Shown here: positions 50,887-60,460 of the stretch, in pieces
Numbering within the stretch: position 1 is the stretch's first letter
How the letters are laid out: every line of letters starts with the position of its first letter
Notes under the pieces: model-generated
The model's database searches: none
Seen by the model: the letters and a program-made list of their open reading frames with translations, nothing else
Told to the model about the DNA's origin: nothing
Origin: an uncultured delta proteobacterium
GTDB taxonomy: Bacteria > Desulfobacterota > Desulfobacteria > Desulfobacterales > B30-G6
Assembly (NCBI GenBank): GCA_963823335.1
Contig: CAWGLD010000006.1
Coordinates: 1 to 64,000, forward strand
DNA: 64,000 bases
Direction: 5' to 3'
Translations under genes and position numbers: made by a program

Positions 50887-51701
50887 ACGGCTTGCCGGGA
50901 GATGTTGCCAAGGTGATCGCCCGGCACATTGCCTCTGACAAACGCTTTGCATTGATTCCCTATTCCCTTACCGGTCCGGAAATCGATGCAGAAGAATGTC
51001 TTGTGGACGGAACAGCGGTTTGTCTGATTCGTCCTGATGCGCGGCAAACTGTGATGGCTGATATTTTCGCGCTCCACAAACAAATAATCTGTATCGATTT
51101 CACCCATCCAGCGGCTGTTAACAGCAATGCCCGGTTTTACTGTGAACATTCAATCCCCTTTGTGATGGGAACCACCGGCGGGGATCGGGAAGCACTGCTA
51201 ACGACAGTTGAAAACTCAGGTGTAGCTGCCGTGATTGCCCCGAACATGGCCAAGCAGATCGTCGGATTTCAAGCCATGATGGCCTGGGCAGCTGATACGT
51301 TTCCTGGCTTGTTCAATGGATATGCCATCACCGTTCGGGAAAGCCATCAAAAAGGCAAGGCTGATACGAGTGGTACTGCCAAGGCCATGGTTGGATATTT
51401 CAACAGACTTGGTCTCAAATGTTCGACCGAGGACATCGAGCAGGAACGCGACCCCGAAAGACAGGTCAAGCAATGGGGGATTCCGGAAGAACATGTTGCC
51501 GGGCACGGGTGGCACACGTACACGCTGACATCAAATGACCAGACCGTTAAATTCCAGTTCACCCACAATGTGAATGGTCGTGAGATTTATGCCGGCGGCA
51601 CCCTTGACGCGGTGATGTTTCTTCACCAACACGTCCAACATGGTGTTAAAGGTAAAGTTTTCAGTATGATGGACGTCTTAAAGGGACACGGTCCTTCATA
51701 A
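50862..51701 (+). CDS. dapB: 4-hydroxy-tetrahydrodipicolinate reductase, plant-type subfamily
   Basis: DFTHP, FVMGTTGGD, VIAPNMAKQIV, ESHQKGKADTSGTAK, GHGWHTY, YAGGT. Confidence 0.87.
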   Translation: MPQINLMVNGLPGDVAKVIARHIASDKRFALIPYSLTGPEIDAEECLVDGTAVCLIRPDARQTVMADIFALHKQIICIDFTHPAAVNSNARFYCEHSIPFVMGTTGGDREALLTTVENSGVAAVIAPNMAKQIVGFQAMMAWAADTFPGLFNGYAITVRESHQKGKADTSGTAKAMVGYFNRLGLKCSTEDIEQERDPERQVKQWGIPEEHVAGHGWHTYTLTSNDQTVKFQFTHNVNGREIYAGGTLDAVMFLHQHVQHGVKGKVFSMMDVLKGHGPS

Positions 51702-51730
51702 TACCCCGTCCGGACAAATCGTTTCTATCC

Positions 51731-54370
51731 TTACATCTTGGCAATAATATCGGCTGCTGCTTCCATGGCCTTTTCGAGATTTTCCGGATTGGGACCGCCG
51801 GCCTGGGCCATATCAGGTCTTCCACCACCGCCACCACCCACAAACACGGCTAATTTGTTGATGATTTTGCCGGCGTGAAATTGGCCGGTCAGGTCACGTG
51901 TAACAGCGGTGAGAAGCAGCGCCTTTGAACCTGATCGACTTCCCAGGACGATAATACCCGATTGGACCTGCTCCTTGAATCGGTCTGCCAGATTACGAAG
52001 GACGGCCGGGGAGTCGGCTTCTACAATTTTAGATAATAACTTTATATTGTTAACTGAGATAATATCATCTGTAGCTTTAGAAGCTGATTGGCTCAACAGT
52101 TTTGTTTTGAGTTGCTCGATATTTTTTTCGTTACTCCTGAGCTGTTCCAGCAGCTTTTCAATTCGCGAGGGCACAGCATCGGGCTGATGCCGCAGAAGCC
52201 TGGCAGCCTCCTGGACCAGATGGGTGGTCTTCTGCAGGTGCTTCAGTGCGGCCTCACCGGTCAGTGCCTCGATTCTGCGAACACCTGAAGCAATACTCGA
52301 TTCGCTGACGATTTTGAACAGTCCGAGATTGCCGGTTCGCCCTGTGTGGGTTCCGCCACATAGTTCCATGCTGAAATCGGACAGGGAAACTACACGGACC
52401 CTGTCACCATATTTTTCTTCAAAGAGTGCGGTTGCACCTGAATTGTAGGCATCCTCTGCATCCATTTCTTCTGTTTGTACTGGAACGTTATCCCGGATTC
52501 TGCTGTTCACCACAGACTCTATTTCATCCAGCTGTTCCGGGCTGACCTGAGCAAAATGGTTGAAATCAAAGCGAAATCTGTCTGGTGCCACAAGTGATCC
52601 CGCCTGTTTGATGTGTTCCCCTAAAACGTTTCTCAAGGCATGATGCAGAATGTGCGTGGCGGTGTGGTTTGCGGCGGTGGCGTTTCTTTTTTCCATATCC
52701 ACCGACAGGGTCACCTTTTGGTTCTTTTGAATGATTCCCGAAAGCACCTTGCCTCTGTGAATAATGAGGCCGGTGGGGTCTTTGATGGTATCGGTGACCT
52801 CCATCAAAAAAGAATGTCCGTTGTTCGATGCTGCGATGGTGCCGGTGTCGCCGGTCTGTCCACCGGATTCAGCGTAAAACGGCGTCTTGTCAGTAACGAG
52901 ATCTATCTCCATGTCCTTTTCTATGGATTCCACTTGCTTGCCTTCGGACACCAGGACAAGAATCGTGGCGTCCAGGGTAAACCGGTCATATCCCAAGAAT
53001 TCAGCTTTGATGCCTTTGGCGGAAAGTTCCCGGTAAGCATCTCCGAGTTCGGAAAAAGGTGTCACCATCCGCGATCTTTCCCTCTGGGCTTCCATGGCAG
53101 ACTCGAAACCATCCATATCGAGCACCATTTTTTCGTCTCGCACAATATCTCTGACAATATCAACAGGAAAGCCGTATGTGTCGTACAGTTTGAAAATAAC
53201 ACCGCCCGGAACACGGTCGCTCCCTTGGGCTCTCAGTTCTGAAAGGGTGTCGTTCAGGAGGGTCAGCCCGTGATCGAGGGTCTCTGAAAAACGGGTTTCT
53301 TCGTTGTGAATGACACTGGTGATGAATGCTTTGGAAGCCATAAGCTCCGGATAGGCATCCTGCATGATATCGAAAACCACACTGGCGGTAACATCCAAAA
53401 AAGGTTTGTTGAGACCCAAGTTTCTGCCGTAACGGATGGCACGCCGCATGATACGTCGCAGGACATACCCCCGGCCTTCATTGGATGGCAGAACACCATC
53501 TCCGATCAGAAAGGCTGCCGCGCGGCTGTGGTCGGCAATAACCTTCATGGCCACGTCCTTTTCTGCTGATTCTCCCATTTTTGTCTCGGACAGCTCTTCC
53601 GCCTTTTGGATGATCGGCAGGAGCAGATCCGTTTCATAATTGGTGGGTACATCCTGAAGGAGGGTCACCATCCTTTCAAGTCCTAAACCCGTGTCGATGC
53701 TGGGTTTTGGCAAAGGTGTCATTTTCCCGGATGCATCCCGGTTGAACTGCATGAAAACCAGATTCCATATCTCCAGGTAGCGATCACATTCGCAGCCGAC
53801 GCGACACTCGGGACGGCCGCATCCATAACTCTCGCCCCTGTCCAGCAAAAGCTCCGAACATGGACCACATGGGCCGGTGTCACCCATGGCCCAGAAATTG
53901 TCTTTTTCGCCAAATCGTACAACCCGTTCTTCGGGGATACCGATCTGTTGATGCCAGAGATCATAGGCTTCGTCATCGTCAAGATAAACAGACGCGTACA
54001 GTTTTTCCTCGGGAAGCCCGTATCCATTGGTCAACAGGTCCCAGGCAAATTCGATGGCTTTTTCCTTGAAGTAATCTCCAAATGAAAAATTTCCCAGCAT
54101 TTCAAAAAAGGTATGATGACGTGCGGTATATCCGACATTTTCCAGGTCGTTGTGCTTCCCCCCGGCTCGAACACATTTCTGAGATGTCGTGGCGCGAACA
54201 TAGCCCCTTTTCTCCTCGCCGAGAAAGGCACGTTTAAACTGTACCATACCGGCATTTGTGAAAAGAAGGGTTGGATCGTCCTGGGGAACGAGTGAGGAAC
54301 TTCTAACAACTTTATGGTGATGTTTTCTGAAATATTCTAAATATTTTTGTCGCACCTCATTGCCGGTCAT
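51731..54370 (-). CDS. alaS: Alanine--tRNA ligase
   Basis: DPTLLFTNAGM, RHHTFFEMLGN, NHTATH, ELCGGTH, GGGGRPDMAQAGG. Confidence 0.98.
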   Translation of the reverse strand: MTGNEVRQKYLEYFRKHHHKVVRSSSLVPQDDPTLLFTNAGMVQFKRAFLGEEKRGYVRATTSQKCVRAGGKHNDLENVGYTARHHTFFEMLGNFSFGDYFKEKAIEFAWDLLTNGYGLPEEKLYASVYLDDDEAYDLWHQQIGIPEERVVRFGEKDNFWAMGDTGPCGPCSELLLDRGESYGCGRPECRVGCECDRYLEIWNLVFMQFNRDASGKMTPLPKPSIDTGLGLERMVTLLQDVPTNYETDLLLPIIQKAEELSETKMGESAEKDVAMKVIADHSRAAAFLIGDGVLPSNEGRGYVLRRIMRRAIRYGRNLGLNKPFLDVTASVVFDIMQDAYPELMASKAFITSVIHNEETRFSETLDHGLTLLNDTLSELRAQGSDRVPGGVIFKLYDTYGFPVDIVRDIVRDEKMVLDMDGFESAMEAQRERSRMVTPFSELGDAYRELSAKGIKAEFLGYDRFTLDATILVLVSEGKQVESIEKDMEIDLVTDKTPFYAESGGQTGDTGTIAASNNGHSFLMEVTDTIKDPTGLIIHRGKVLSGIIQKNQKVTLSVDMEKRNATAANHTATHILHHALRNVLGEHIKQAGSLVAPDRFRFDFNHFAQVSPEQLDEIESVVNSRIRDNVPVQTEEMDAEDAYNSGATALFEEKYGDRVRVVSLSDFSMELCGGTHTGRTGNLGLFKIVSESSIASGVRRIEALTGEAALKHLQKTTHLVQEAARLLRHQPDAVPSRIEKLLEQLRSNEKNIEQLKTKLLSQSASKATDDIISVNNIKLLSKIVEADSPAVLRNLADRFKEQVQSGIIVLGSRSGSKALLLTAVTRDLTGQFHAGKIINKLAVFVGGGGGGRPDMAQAGGPNPENLEKAMEAAADIIAKM

Positions 54371-54419
54371 GTTGTACTCCTAAACTACATGGTTTTAGTA
54401 ATTTCTTCTCTCAATAACT

Positions 54420-54571
54420 GGGAGAAAGGGTTCAAGGTACAGGATTGAAGAATCCAAGTGCCTGTTTTCAGTTAAATACAAACAAAGCTTATACGATTTT
54501 GGAGGCTGCTATCTGCTTTAAGCCGTCAGCCTCCCTCGAACCCTTGTATCACCCTTGACCCCTTGAACCCT
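54420..54571. repeat. Second copy of the inverted 8-mer-array element, between recA and alaS
   Basis: Starts GGGAGAAAGGGTTCAAGG and ends GACCCCTTGAACCCT, matching the ends of 19294-19481. Confidence 0.65.
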
Positions 54572-54575
54572 TTAT

Positions 54576-55622
54576 TCATGATTTGTCCTCTTCCCGAGAG
54601 TCATTGGTGGTGTTTTTGTTCTTTTCTTTATTGAGACCCATGGACGTTCGAATTGTGTCCGCCAATGTTCCCATCAATTCCTTGTTATCACCTAAAAATG
54701 ATTTAACGTTTTCACGGCCCTGGCCGATTCTTTCACCATTGTAGGAATACCAGGAACCGCTTTTGTCGATAACACCCGTTTCCACACCCAGATCGACAAT
54801 TTCACCGGTTCTGGAAATTCCTTCACCGTACATGATATCGAATTCAGCATTTTTAAAAGGGGGTGCCATTTTATTTTTGACTACCTTGACGCGGGTTCTA
54901 TTGCCGGTAATTTCCTGACCGTCCTTAATAGCGGTACTGCGTCTGATTTCAAGTCGTACGGAAGAGTAAAATTTAAGCGCATTTCCGCCGGTGGTGGTTT
55001 CAGGGTTGCCGAAGACCACACCGATTTTCATCCGTATCTGGTTGATGAAAATCAGCGAGGTCATGGTTTTGCTGATGGACCCGGTCAGCTTTCGCAGTGC
55101 CTGGGACATGAGTCTTGCCTGAAGGCCCATGTGGGAATCACCCATCTCCCCTTCGATTTCCGCACGGGGTACCAGGGCTGCCACTGAATCGATGACAATG
55201 ACGTCGATGGCGCCGCTTCGAATCAGCATGTCCGCAATTTCAAGTGCCTGTTCGCCCGTGTCCGGTTGTGCCACGAGAAGATCGTCACAGTTTACGTTTA
55301 GCTTTCTGGCGTAAGATGTATCCAGTGCGTGTTCGGCGTCGATAAATGCTGCAATCCCACCCTGTTTCTGTGCGTTGGCAACCGCATGAAGGGCAAGGGT
55401 TGTTTTCCCTGAAGATTCAGGCCCGTACACTTCAATGACACGACCTCTGGGCAGGCCTCCGATTCCCAGGGCCACGTCAAGAGCAATGGATCCTGTCGAA
55501 ATTACAGGAACTTCTATAATGGGTTGGCTGCCGAGTTTCATGATGGATCCTTTTCCGAACTGGCGTTCTATCTGGAGCATCGCTGAGTCGACGGCTTTTT
55601 CCTTATCGAGTGAGATGGTCAT
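54576..55622 (-). CDS. recA: Recombinase A
   Basis: [42 protein letters not shown]. Confidence 0.98.
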   Translation of the reverse strand: MTISLDKEKAVDSAMLQIERQFGKGSIMKLGSQPIIEVPVISTGSIALDVALGIGGLPRGRVIEVYGPESSGKTTLALHAVANAQKQGGIAAFIDAEHALDTSYARKLNVNCDDLLVAQPDTGEQALEIADMLIRSGAIDVIVIDSVAALVPRAEIEGEMGDSHMGLQARLMSQALRKLTGSISKTMTSLIFINQIRMKIGVVFGNPETTTGGNALKFYSSVRLEIRRSTAIKDGQEITGNRTRVKVVKNKMAPPFKNAEFDIMYGEGISRTGEIVDLGVETGVIDKSGSWYSYNGERIGQGRENVKSFLGDNKELMGTLADTIRTSMGLNKEKNKNTTNDSREEDKS

Positions 55623-55822
55623 TTTGTCCTCCTGCTTGGGGCTGTCCATTAAGTGATACAAATTGTTCCATGATGTTAGAAGCTATCTCAAAAAAAGGGT
55701 AACCTTTCGTGTTCAAATATTCAAGTACGAATCAGCTGATATTTTCCCGTACCAACGTTGAGCGATTGTCGGGGTTTCCGTTACTATGTGGACATTTCAC
55801 AATATGTCCGGGTGACGCAATG

Positions 55823-55899
55823 TTGAACCGCAACAGCGAGCGCATTCCCCGTAGGTTCTGCCGTTCGGCAGAACATTCCTCGCAGCTTGTGCTGCGAGG
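55823..55899. repeat. REP-like tandem hairpins between thpR and recA
   Basis: GTTCTGCC-GTTC-GGCAGAAC (55855-55874) and CCTCGCAGC-TTGT-GCTGCGAGG (55878-55899). Confidence 0.55.
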
Positions 55900-55903
55900 T
55901 TCT

Positions 55904-56476
55904 TCAAATGCCGAGAGGTATCCTGTAAAGCTGGGTGTAAACAGGGCCGTTTGGGTGTAGTTCACTTTTGAAGATTATCAGACGTCTGACTGTAAACGCC
56001 TCGCAATCAAACTCTTGCTGGGTCCGCAAGGCAGTCACAAGACTGCCTTGATTGGGGCGGTTTTTTATACGACCTATGGTCAGATGTCCCCTGTAAGGGC
56101 GTTTCTCCGCTGCGAATCCCAAGGGAACCAAAACGTTTACAACAGACTTCTGTACGGATCTGAGAACGTCGGTCTTACCTGCTATACCGACCCAGATAAT
56201 TCGAGGTCTCCTTACGTTCGGAAAAATACCCACGCCCCGTGGAGATAGATCGAATATGGGGTAGTTTGCTGCAATATCTGACAACACCCTGTTAACAGTC
56301 TCGATATCAAGCGGGTCGACATCCCCCAGGAACGATAGGGTTAAATGCGTGTTCCCCGGTTTCACCCAGCGAATGTCCAATCGGTGGGATGCAAAAGAAT
56401 GCTGCAATTTCCGGATAGCGTCTTGTATATTTTGCGGCAGCTCGATTGCGACGAATGTCCTGAATTTCGGTTTCAT
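55904..56476 (-). CDS. thpR: RNA 2',3'-cyclic phosphodiesterase (2H family)
   Basis: RTFVAI, two HxT motifs (HLTLSFLG, HLTIGR), KSEL..GPVY; upstream of recA. Confidence 0.9.
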   Translation of the reverse strand: MKPKFRTFVAIELPQNIQDAIRKLQHSFASHRLDIRWVKPGNTHLTLSFLGDVDPLDIETVNRVLSDIAANYPIFDLSPRGVGIFPNVRRPRIIWVGIAGKTDVLRSVQKSVVNVLVPLGFAAEKRPYRGHLTIGRIKNRPNQGSLVTALRTQQEFDCEAFTVRRLIIFKSELHPNGPVYTQLYRIPLGI

Positions 56477-56485
56477 TAAGCGATG

Positions 56486-57655
56486 CTATTTCCAGGGTAG
56501 CGTAAATTGAGGCTCTCCCAACAAGAATTTACCGGCGGATATTCTTTTCTTGAGCAAGTCGGCTATTTCACGCGCCCTGACCATACTGGAAAGGGGAACG
56601 GTGGGAATGCGTTTGCCACCTACCTCGATACCACCGCTTTTAAGTTCCGCATAACTGACTTTGCCGTAATTTTTGGCATTTCCCTGGGGATAGTCTTTAC
56701 CGTAGTCGATGACATGGGTGTATAACTCCTCGTCTGAAATCGATGTGTATTTCGCCATCTCTTCATTCAAGATCGGTATGGGGATACCAAGACCCACGGC
56801 AAGGGAGCATCCATATCCCTGAATACTGACACCCACGAGCCATTTGGGCTGCATTTTTTTAAGATCTCCCATTACAAACAAGGTGCCGGCAGGTGTCAGC
56901 GGGGCACCCTTTGGTGTTCGCTTGGCAGACGGTTTGTGCTGGGTTCCGTTCCAGGTGACAAACCCCTCTGTTCCCCCTAAAAAAATGCGTGTTCCCAGTC
57001 CAATGGTTTTATAATAGGGATCGTTGAACAGAGGGCTCAACTGGCCGGCAGAACAGTAATTGGCATTCCCCATGCGTGGCTTGAGTGCGCCCATGTAGGT
57101 ATAGACTGTTTTCTTGGTGGTATTAATGGCGCAATTGTAGTTTTGATATGCATTTCTGGGGTTACACAGCATGGCGTTCGGCAGGGTCTTGAGCGAAATT
57201 TTCTTTTCGATCTGTTTGTTTGGATAACAGTCAGTGCCATAGGCGGATGCCCTGAGATGAACCGTTTTACCCGCCACCAGATCGTGAATGACATGCCCAC
57301 CCCCGTAGTTGAATTCTCCAGGGTAGACCTTGTTTAAGGGGTCGTCTTCACATGGTTCCGTCGCACCGATGTAGCAGTCCACCGCTGCGATGCCGGCATA
57401 GGCGGACACGTTGTTGAGCCATACTTTTGAGGCCTTGATCCCGGGAGAGGAGTGGCCGAAATTGATAAAGGCGCCCGAGGAGCACATGGGGGCAAAAGTC
57501 CCGGTTGTTACCACATCCACATGACTTGCAGCTTCAACAGGTCCCTCTTCCTTGACCAGACCGATCATCTCTTCGGCGGTTACCACAACAGCCTCTCCTG
57601 CCCGTATCTTATCATTGATCTGTTGGTATGTTTTGTTTATGGTAAATTTCTTCAT
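56486..57655 (-). CDS. Homocysteine biosynthesis protein (DUF39; aspartate-semialdehyde sulfurtransferase-like)
   Basis: VVVTAEEM, VDVVTTGTFAPMCSSG, YGGGHVI, NPRNAYQNY, LSPLFNDP, GLGIPIPIL. Confidence 0.82.
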   Translation of the reverse strand: MKKFTINKTYQQINDKIRAGEAVVVTAEEMIGLVKEEGPVEAASHVDVVTTGTFAPMCSSGAFINFGHSSPGIKASKVWLNNVSAYAGIAAVDCYIGATEPCEDDPLNKVYPGEFNYGGGHVIHDLVAGKTVHLRASAYGTDCYPNKQIEKKISLKTLPNAMLCNPRNAYQNYNCAINTTKKTVYTYMGALKPRMGNANYCSAGQLSPLFNDPYYKTIGLGTRIFLGGTEGFVTWNGTQHKPSAKRTPKGAPLTPAGTLFVMGDLKKMQPKWLVGVSIQGYGCSLAVGLGIPIPILNEEMAKYTSISDEELYTHVIDYGKDYPQGNAKNYGKVSYAELKSGGIEVGGKRIPTVPLSSMVRAREIADLLKKRISAGKFLLGEPQFTLPWK

Positions 57656-59028
57656 GACCCTTCTCCCAACCGTTCGATTTTATTTGTAATGTTATTTTGG
57701 ATCCATGAAGCGTCCCACCATTCAAGTGGATCGACAAACGTGCCGCTTATCAGGACGCTGTAATGTAGATGATCCCCTCCGGCAAGACCTGATTTTCCGG
57801 TGTTGCCGATGATGTCTCCCTTTTTAACCATTTGCCCGACAGGAACGTTGAAACCGCTGAGATGGGCATACATGCTAAAAAGTCCATAACCATGGTCGAT
57901 GACAATAAGGCGTCCGTATATACCCAGGGTTTCGGCAAAAATAACCTTGCCGGAGTTCGCAGCCGGCACCGGTGACATGGCCAGCGAGGCAAGATCGATC
58001 CCTAAATGCGTCTGTTTATCAACGGTTTTGCCTTGGTACTGATATGTGCGCCGATCCCCAAAACCCGATCTTGTAGCCGATTTCGGAAGCCGCAGAAAGG
58101 TACCGTCCCAGTACATCACAGGATCGCTTTGCTGCATCAAAGTGTTGAGGACCACTTTGTTCTGGGCGCGTATCTCCCTGTTGATAAATAAAAATTTATC
58201 AGCAGGAGATTCCAGACTGTTACCCGCCAGGGTCTTTTCGAACTCAGGCAGTTTCTCCAGAATAAACCTGTCGCTTACTTGTATGGTATCCTTTTTAAAT
58301 CTTTTGGTTTTTATATAGTGGGGAAACCCTGTTTTTGTTTGATTGCCGGCACGATCTTTGGCCAGGAGATATATGTCGGTTCCTTGATGCTGCTGGTCAT
58401 TCAGCGCGAAAAATGCGATCCGAACATCATCCTTTCCTCCCAGATCAGGATACCCCGGATAAAAAGTGTCCGCCACCTGGACGCCGCTGATATCGCAGGG
58501 TTCAGACAATGCATACGCAACCGCGTTGCTGCCACCAGGGCTGATATTGTGAGAGCGGGTCAACACCGAGGTAATGGGGGCTTCTGTATCGATAATAATT
58601 TCCTTTTCAGAATAAGCCCGATTTCCTTTTCCCCATGATCTCCAGGAATAATCCACCGCCATCATGCGAAGCATGGCTTTGCCATCCTTCACGTCAGTCT
58701 TTTGAGGCTCTATCTTGATACGGATGGATTCGGATTTTGTGGTGCCTTTGCGCAGGATTCCTGAAGCCGGGAAGTGTTTTTCCAGAAGTGTCGTTTCCTT
58801 GTCGTCCTGCAGAATGGCAACCCAGAATCGTTTCAGTCCGCTTTTCTGATCTTCAAGGTTGATTTCCAGCCATTTTTCCTTGCCAATGAACTCGGAGGAG
58901 AGTTCAAGTTCTAGGCTGGGTTGCTGGTTTTCCATGCGTATAGCAAGTATTGTCAACAATGGCAGGAAAATCAGGACGCAAATGATGATCAGCAGCTTGG
59001 TACTCAGTGTTTTATTTTTATCTTTCAA
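57652..59028 (-). CDS. M23 family metallopeptidase with N-terminal membrane anchor
   Basis: HLGIDLA, IDHGYGLFSMYAHLS, GDHLHY; TTG start after AAGGAG. Confidence 0.88.
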   Translation of the reverse strand: MKDKNKTLSTKLLIIICVLIFLPLLTILAIRMENQQPSLELELSSEFIGKEKWLEINLEDQKSGLKRFWVAILQDDKETTLLEKHFPASGILRKGTTKSESIRIKIEPQKTDVKDGKAMLRMMAVDYSWRSWGKGNRAYSEKEIIIDTEAPITSVLTRSHNISPGGSNAVAYALSEPCDISGVQVADTFYPGYPDLGGKDDVRIAFFALNDQQHQGTDIYLLAKDRAGNQTKTGFPHYIKTKRFKKDTIQVSDRFILEKLPEFEKTLAGNSLESPADKFLFINREIRAQNKVVLNTLMQQSDPVMYWDGTFLRLPKSATRSGFGDRRTYQYQGKTVDKQTHLGIDLASLAMSPVPAANSGKVIFAETLGIYGRLIVIDHGYGLFSMYAHLSGFNVPVGQMVKKGDIIGNTGKSGLAGGDHLHYSVLISGTFVDPLEWWDASWIQNNITNKIERLGEGS

Positions 59029-59191
59029 TAGGTTAAAGGCTCCTTTCATGTGGAATATATCGCCGGAACAATACCAGCTAAATCGCGGCTTATCAAGGGC
59101 TCTTTTTCGTTTCTTGACTTTTAGCAGCATGCGCGATAGATATGTTCCATGCGATACCAAGCTGCCATTAACCTCTATCAGTACAAGCTAT

Positions 59192-59317
59192 ATGGATATG
59201 AGCATCTCTGATATTATTTCCGACAAAGCATCTCCCCTTCTGCTCATTTCAGGACCTTGCGTGGTCGATGACGTTTTAACCGATGGCGAATTTCTGTGGA
59301 GATTTCGTTGGCGCTAA
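59192..59317 (+). pseudogene. Probable kdsA'-'kdsC deletion remnant (41 codons)
   Basis: Reads MDMSISDIISDKASPLLLISGPCVVDDVLTDGEFLWRFRWR: a KdsA-like N-terminal LI(A/S)GPCV joined to KdsC-like HAD motif I VD(G)VLTDG, directly upstream of lptC. Confidence 0.6.
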
Positions 59318-59892
59318 GATATACGCAACACCGTGGCTTTAAGTTAAGTTTATTGATCACCACACTGCTTGTTTTTGGGGTTGTATTAACCGTTTTTATC
59401 GGGTATCGAACGGTTTCCAATCCACGGGAATTATTATTGTCTTCCCTGGTTCATGATGATGCCACAATCGCCATCGACAGGGTTCATCAGACATCGACGA
59501 AGAATGGTGTCAAGGAATGGCGTCTCGATGCAACGTCTGCTCGGTTTATCGAAAAAGACAGGCAGGCGGTTTTTGACGAGCTGACCATGACATTTTTCAT
59601 GGAAAACGACAAGTTGGTAAAATTATCTGCCCACAAAGGCTATCTGAATACTGACACCAGGGATATGCATGTCGACGGTGATGTCATTGCCGACGACGGT
59701 GAACTAAAGATCCTGACGGAAACCCTTAACTATGAATACGGGCCACGTGTTCTTGTGGCTACAAAACCTGTGCAGATCCTTGGCAGTGCATTTCGTTTGA
59801 ATGCCGATTCCGCTTCATACGATTTGTCATCACAGAAAACGACCTTTAAAGGAAACGTAGAGGGAACTATTTTTGACAAAATTGATTTATGA
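59308..59892 (+). CDS. lptC: LPS export periplasmic protein LptC
   Basis: Single N-terminal TM, KEWRLDA and beta-jellyroll-type pattern; precedes lptA-lptB. TTG start after GGAGA. Confidence 0.8.
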   Translation: MALRYTQHRGFKLSLLITTLLVFGVVLTVFIGYRTVSNPRELLLSSLVHDDATIAIDRVHQTSTKNGVKEWRLDATSARFIEKDRQAVFDELTMTFFMENDKLVKLSAHKGYLNTDTRDMHVDGDVIADDGELKILTETLNYEYGPRVLVATKPVQILGSAFRLNADSASYDLSSQKTTFKGNVEGTIFDKIDL

Positions 59893-60460
59893 CCGCCCTG
59901 CCCTGTTTTTCTTCTATTTTGCAGGCACCCTTGTTTTAATGGTGCTATGCGTTTTGGTGTTTTCTGCGCTCGCTCAAGATACCCCTGCCGGAAATCCTTT
60001 GTCTGGCGTGGAAAACCCCATTCACATTACAGCTGACAGTTTGATTACGGATCCCCAGAATAAATCTGCCGAGTTTATCGGGCATGTTTTGGCAACCCAG
60101 GGCGACACGACAATCACAGCCGACAAGCTCAAGGTTTATTATAAAGGAGGGATCCAATCAGGGGCTGCCTCCGGTATGGGGACCATCGTTCGTATCATTG
60201 CCCAGGGAACGGTCAAAATCGTCCTTGAAGACAAGATCGCCCATACCGAACACGCTGAATATATTGCCGACAAGAGTCTTGTGGTCCTCACCGGGCCAAA
60301 CTCGAGAATCATCGATGGAAACAACTCTATTTCCGGGCAGAAGATCACACTCTACAGGGATGATCGACGAATACATGTGGCGGGAACACAGAAGGAACCG
60401 GTGGAAGCTTTTTTTTATTCGGATGAAAACATTTTGGGCACCCCAGAAAAGAAAAATTGA
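59873..60460 (+). CDS. lptA: LPS transport periplasmic protein LptA
   Basis: PIHITADSL, FIGHVLATQGD..ITADKLKVYY, A.GTVKI, LTG, ISGQKI. Confidence 0.85.
   Translation: MTKLIYDRPALFFFYFAGTLVLMVLCVLVFSALAQDTPAGNPLSGVENPIHITADSLITDPQNKSAEFIGHVLATQGDTTITADKLKVYYKGGIQSGAASGMGTIVRIIAQGTVKIVLEDKIAHTEHAEYIADKSLVVLTGPNSRIIDGNNSISGQKITLYRDDRRIHVAGTQKEPVEAFFYSDENILGTPEKKN

Noticed and set aside
30574-55622. Inteins or introns in dnaE or recA
   Set aside because: Both have normal lengths and continuous motifs.
55660-55760. LexA box upstream of recA
   Set aside because: No motif matched a known SOS box convincingly.
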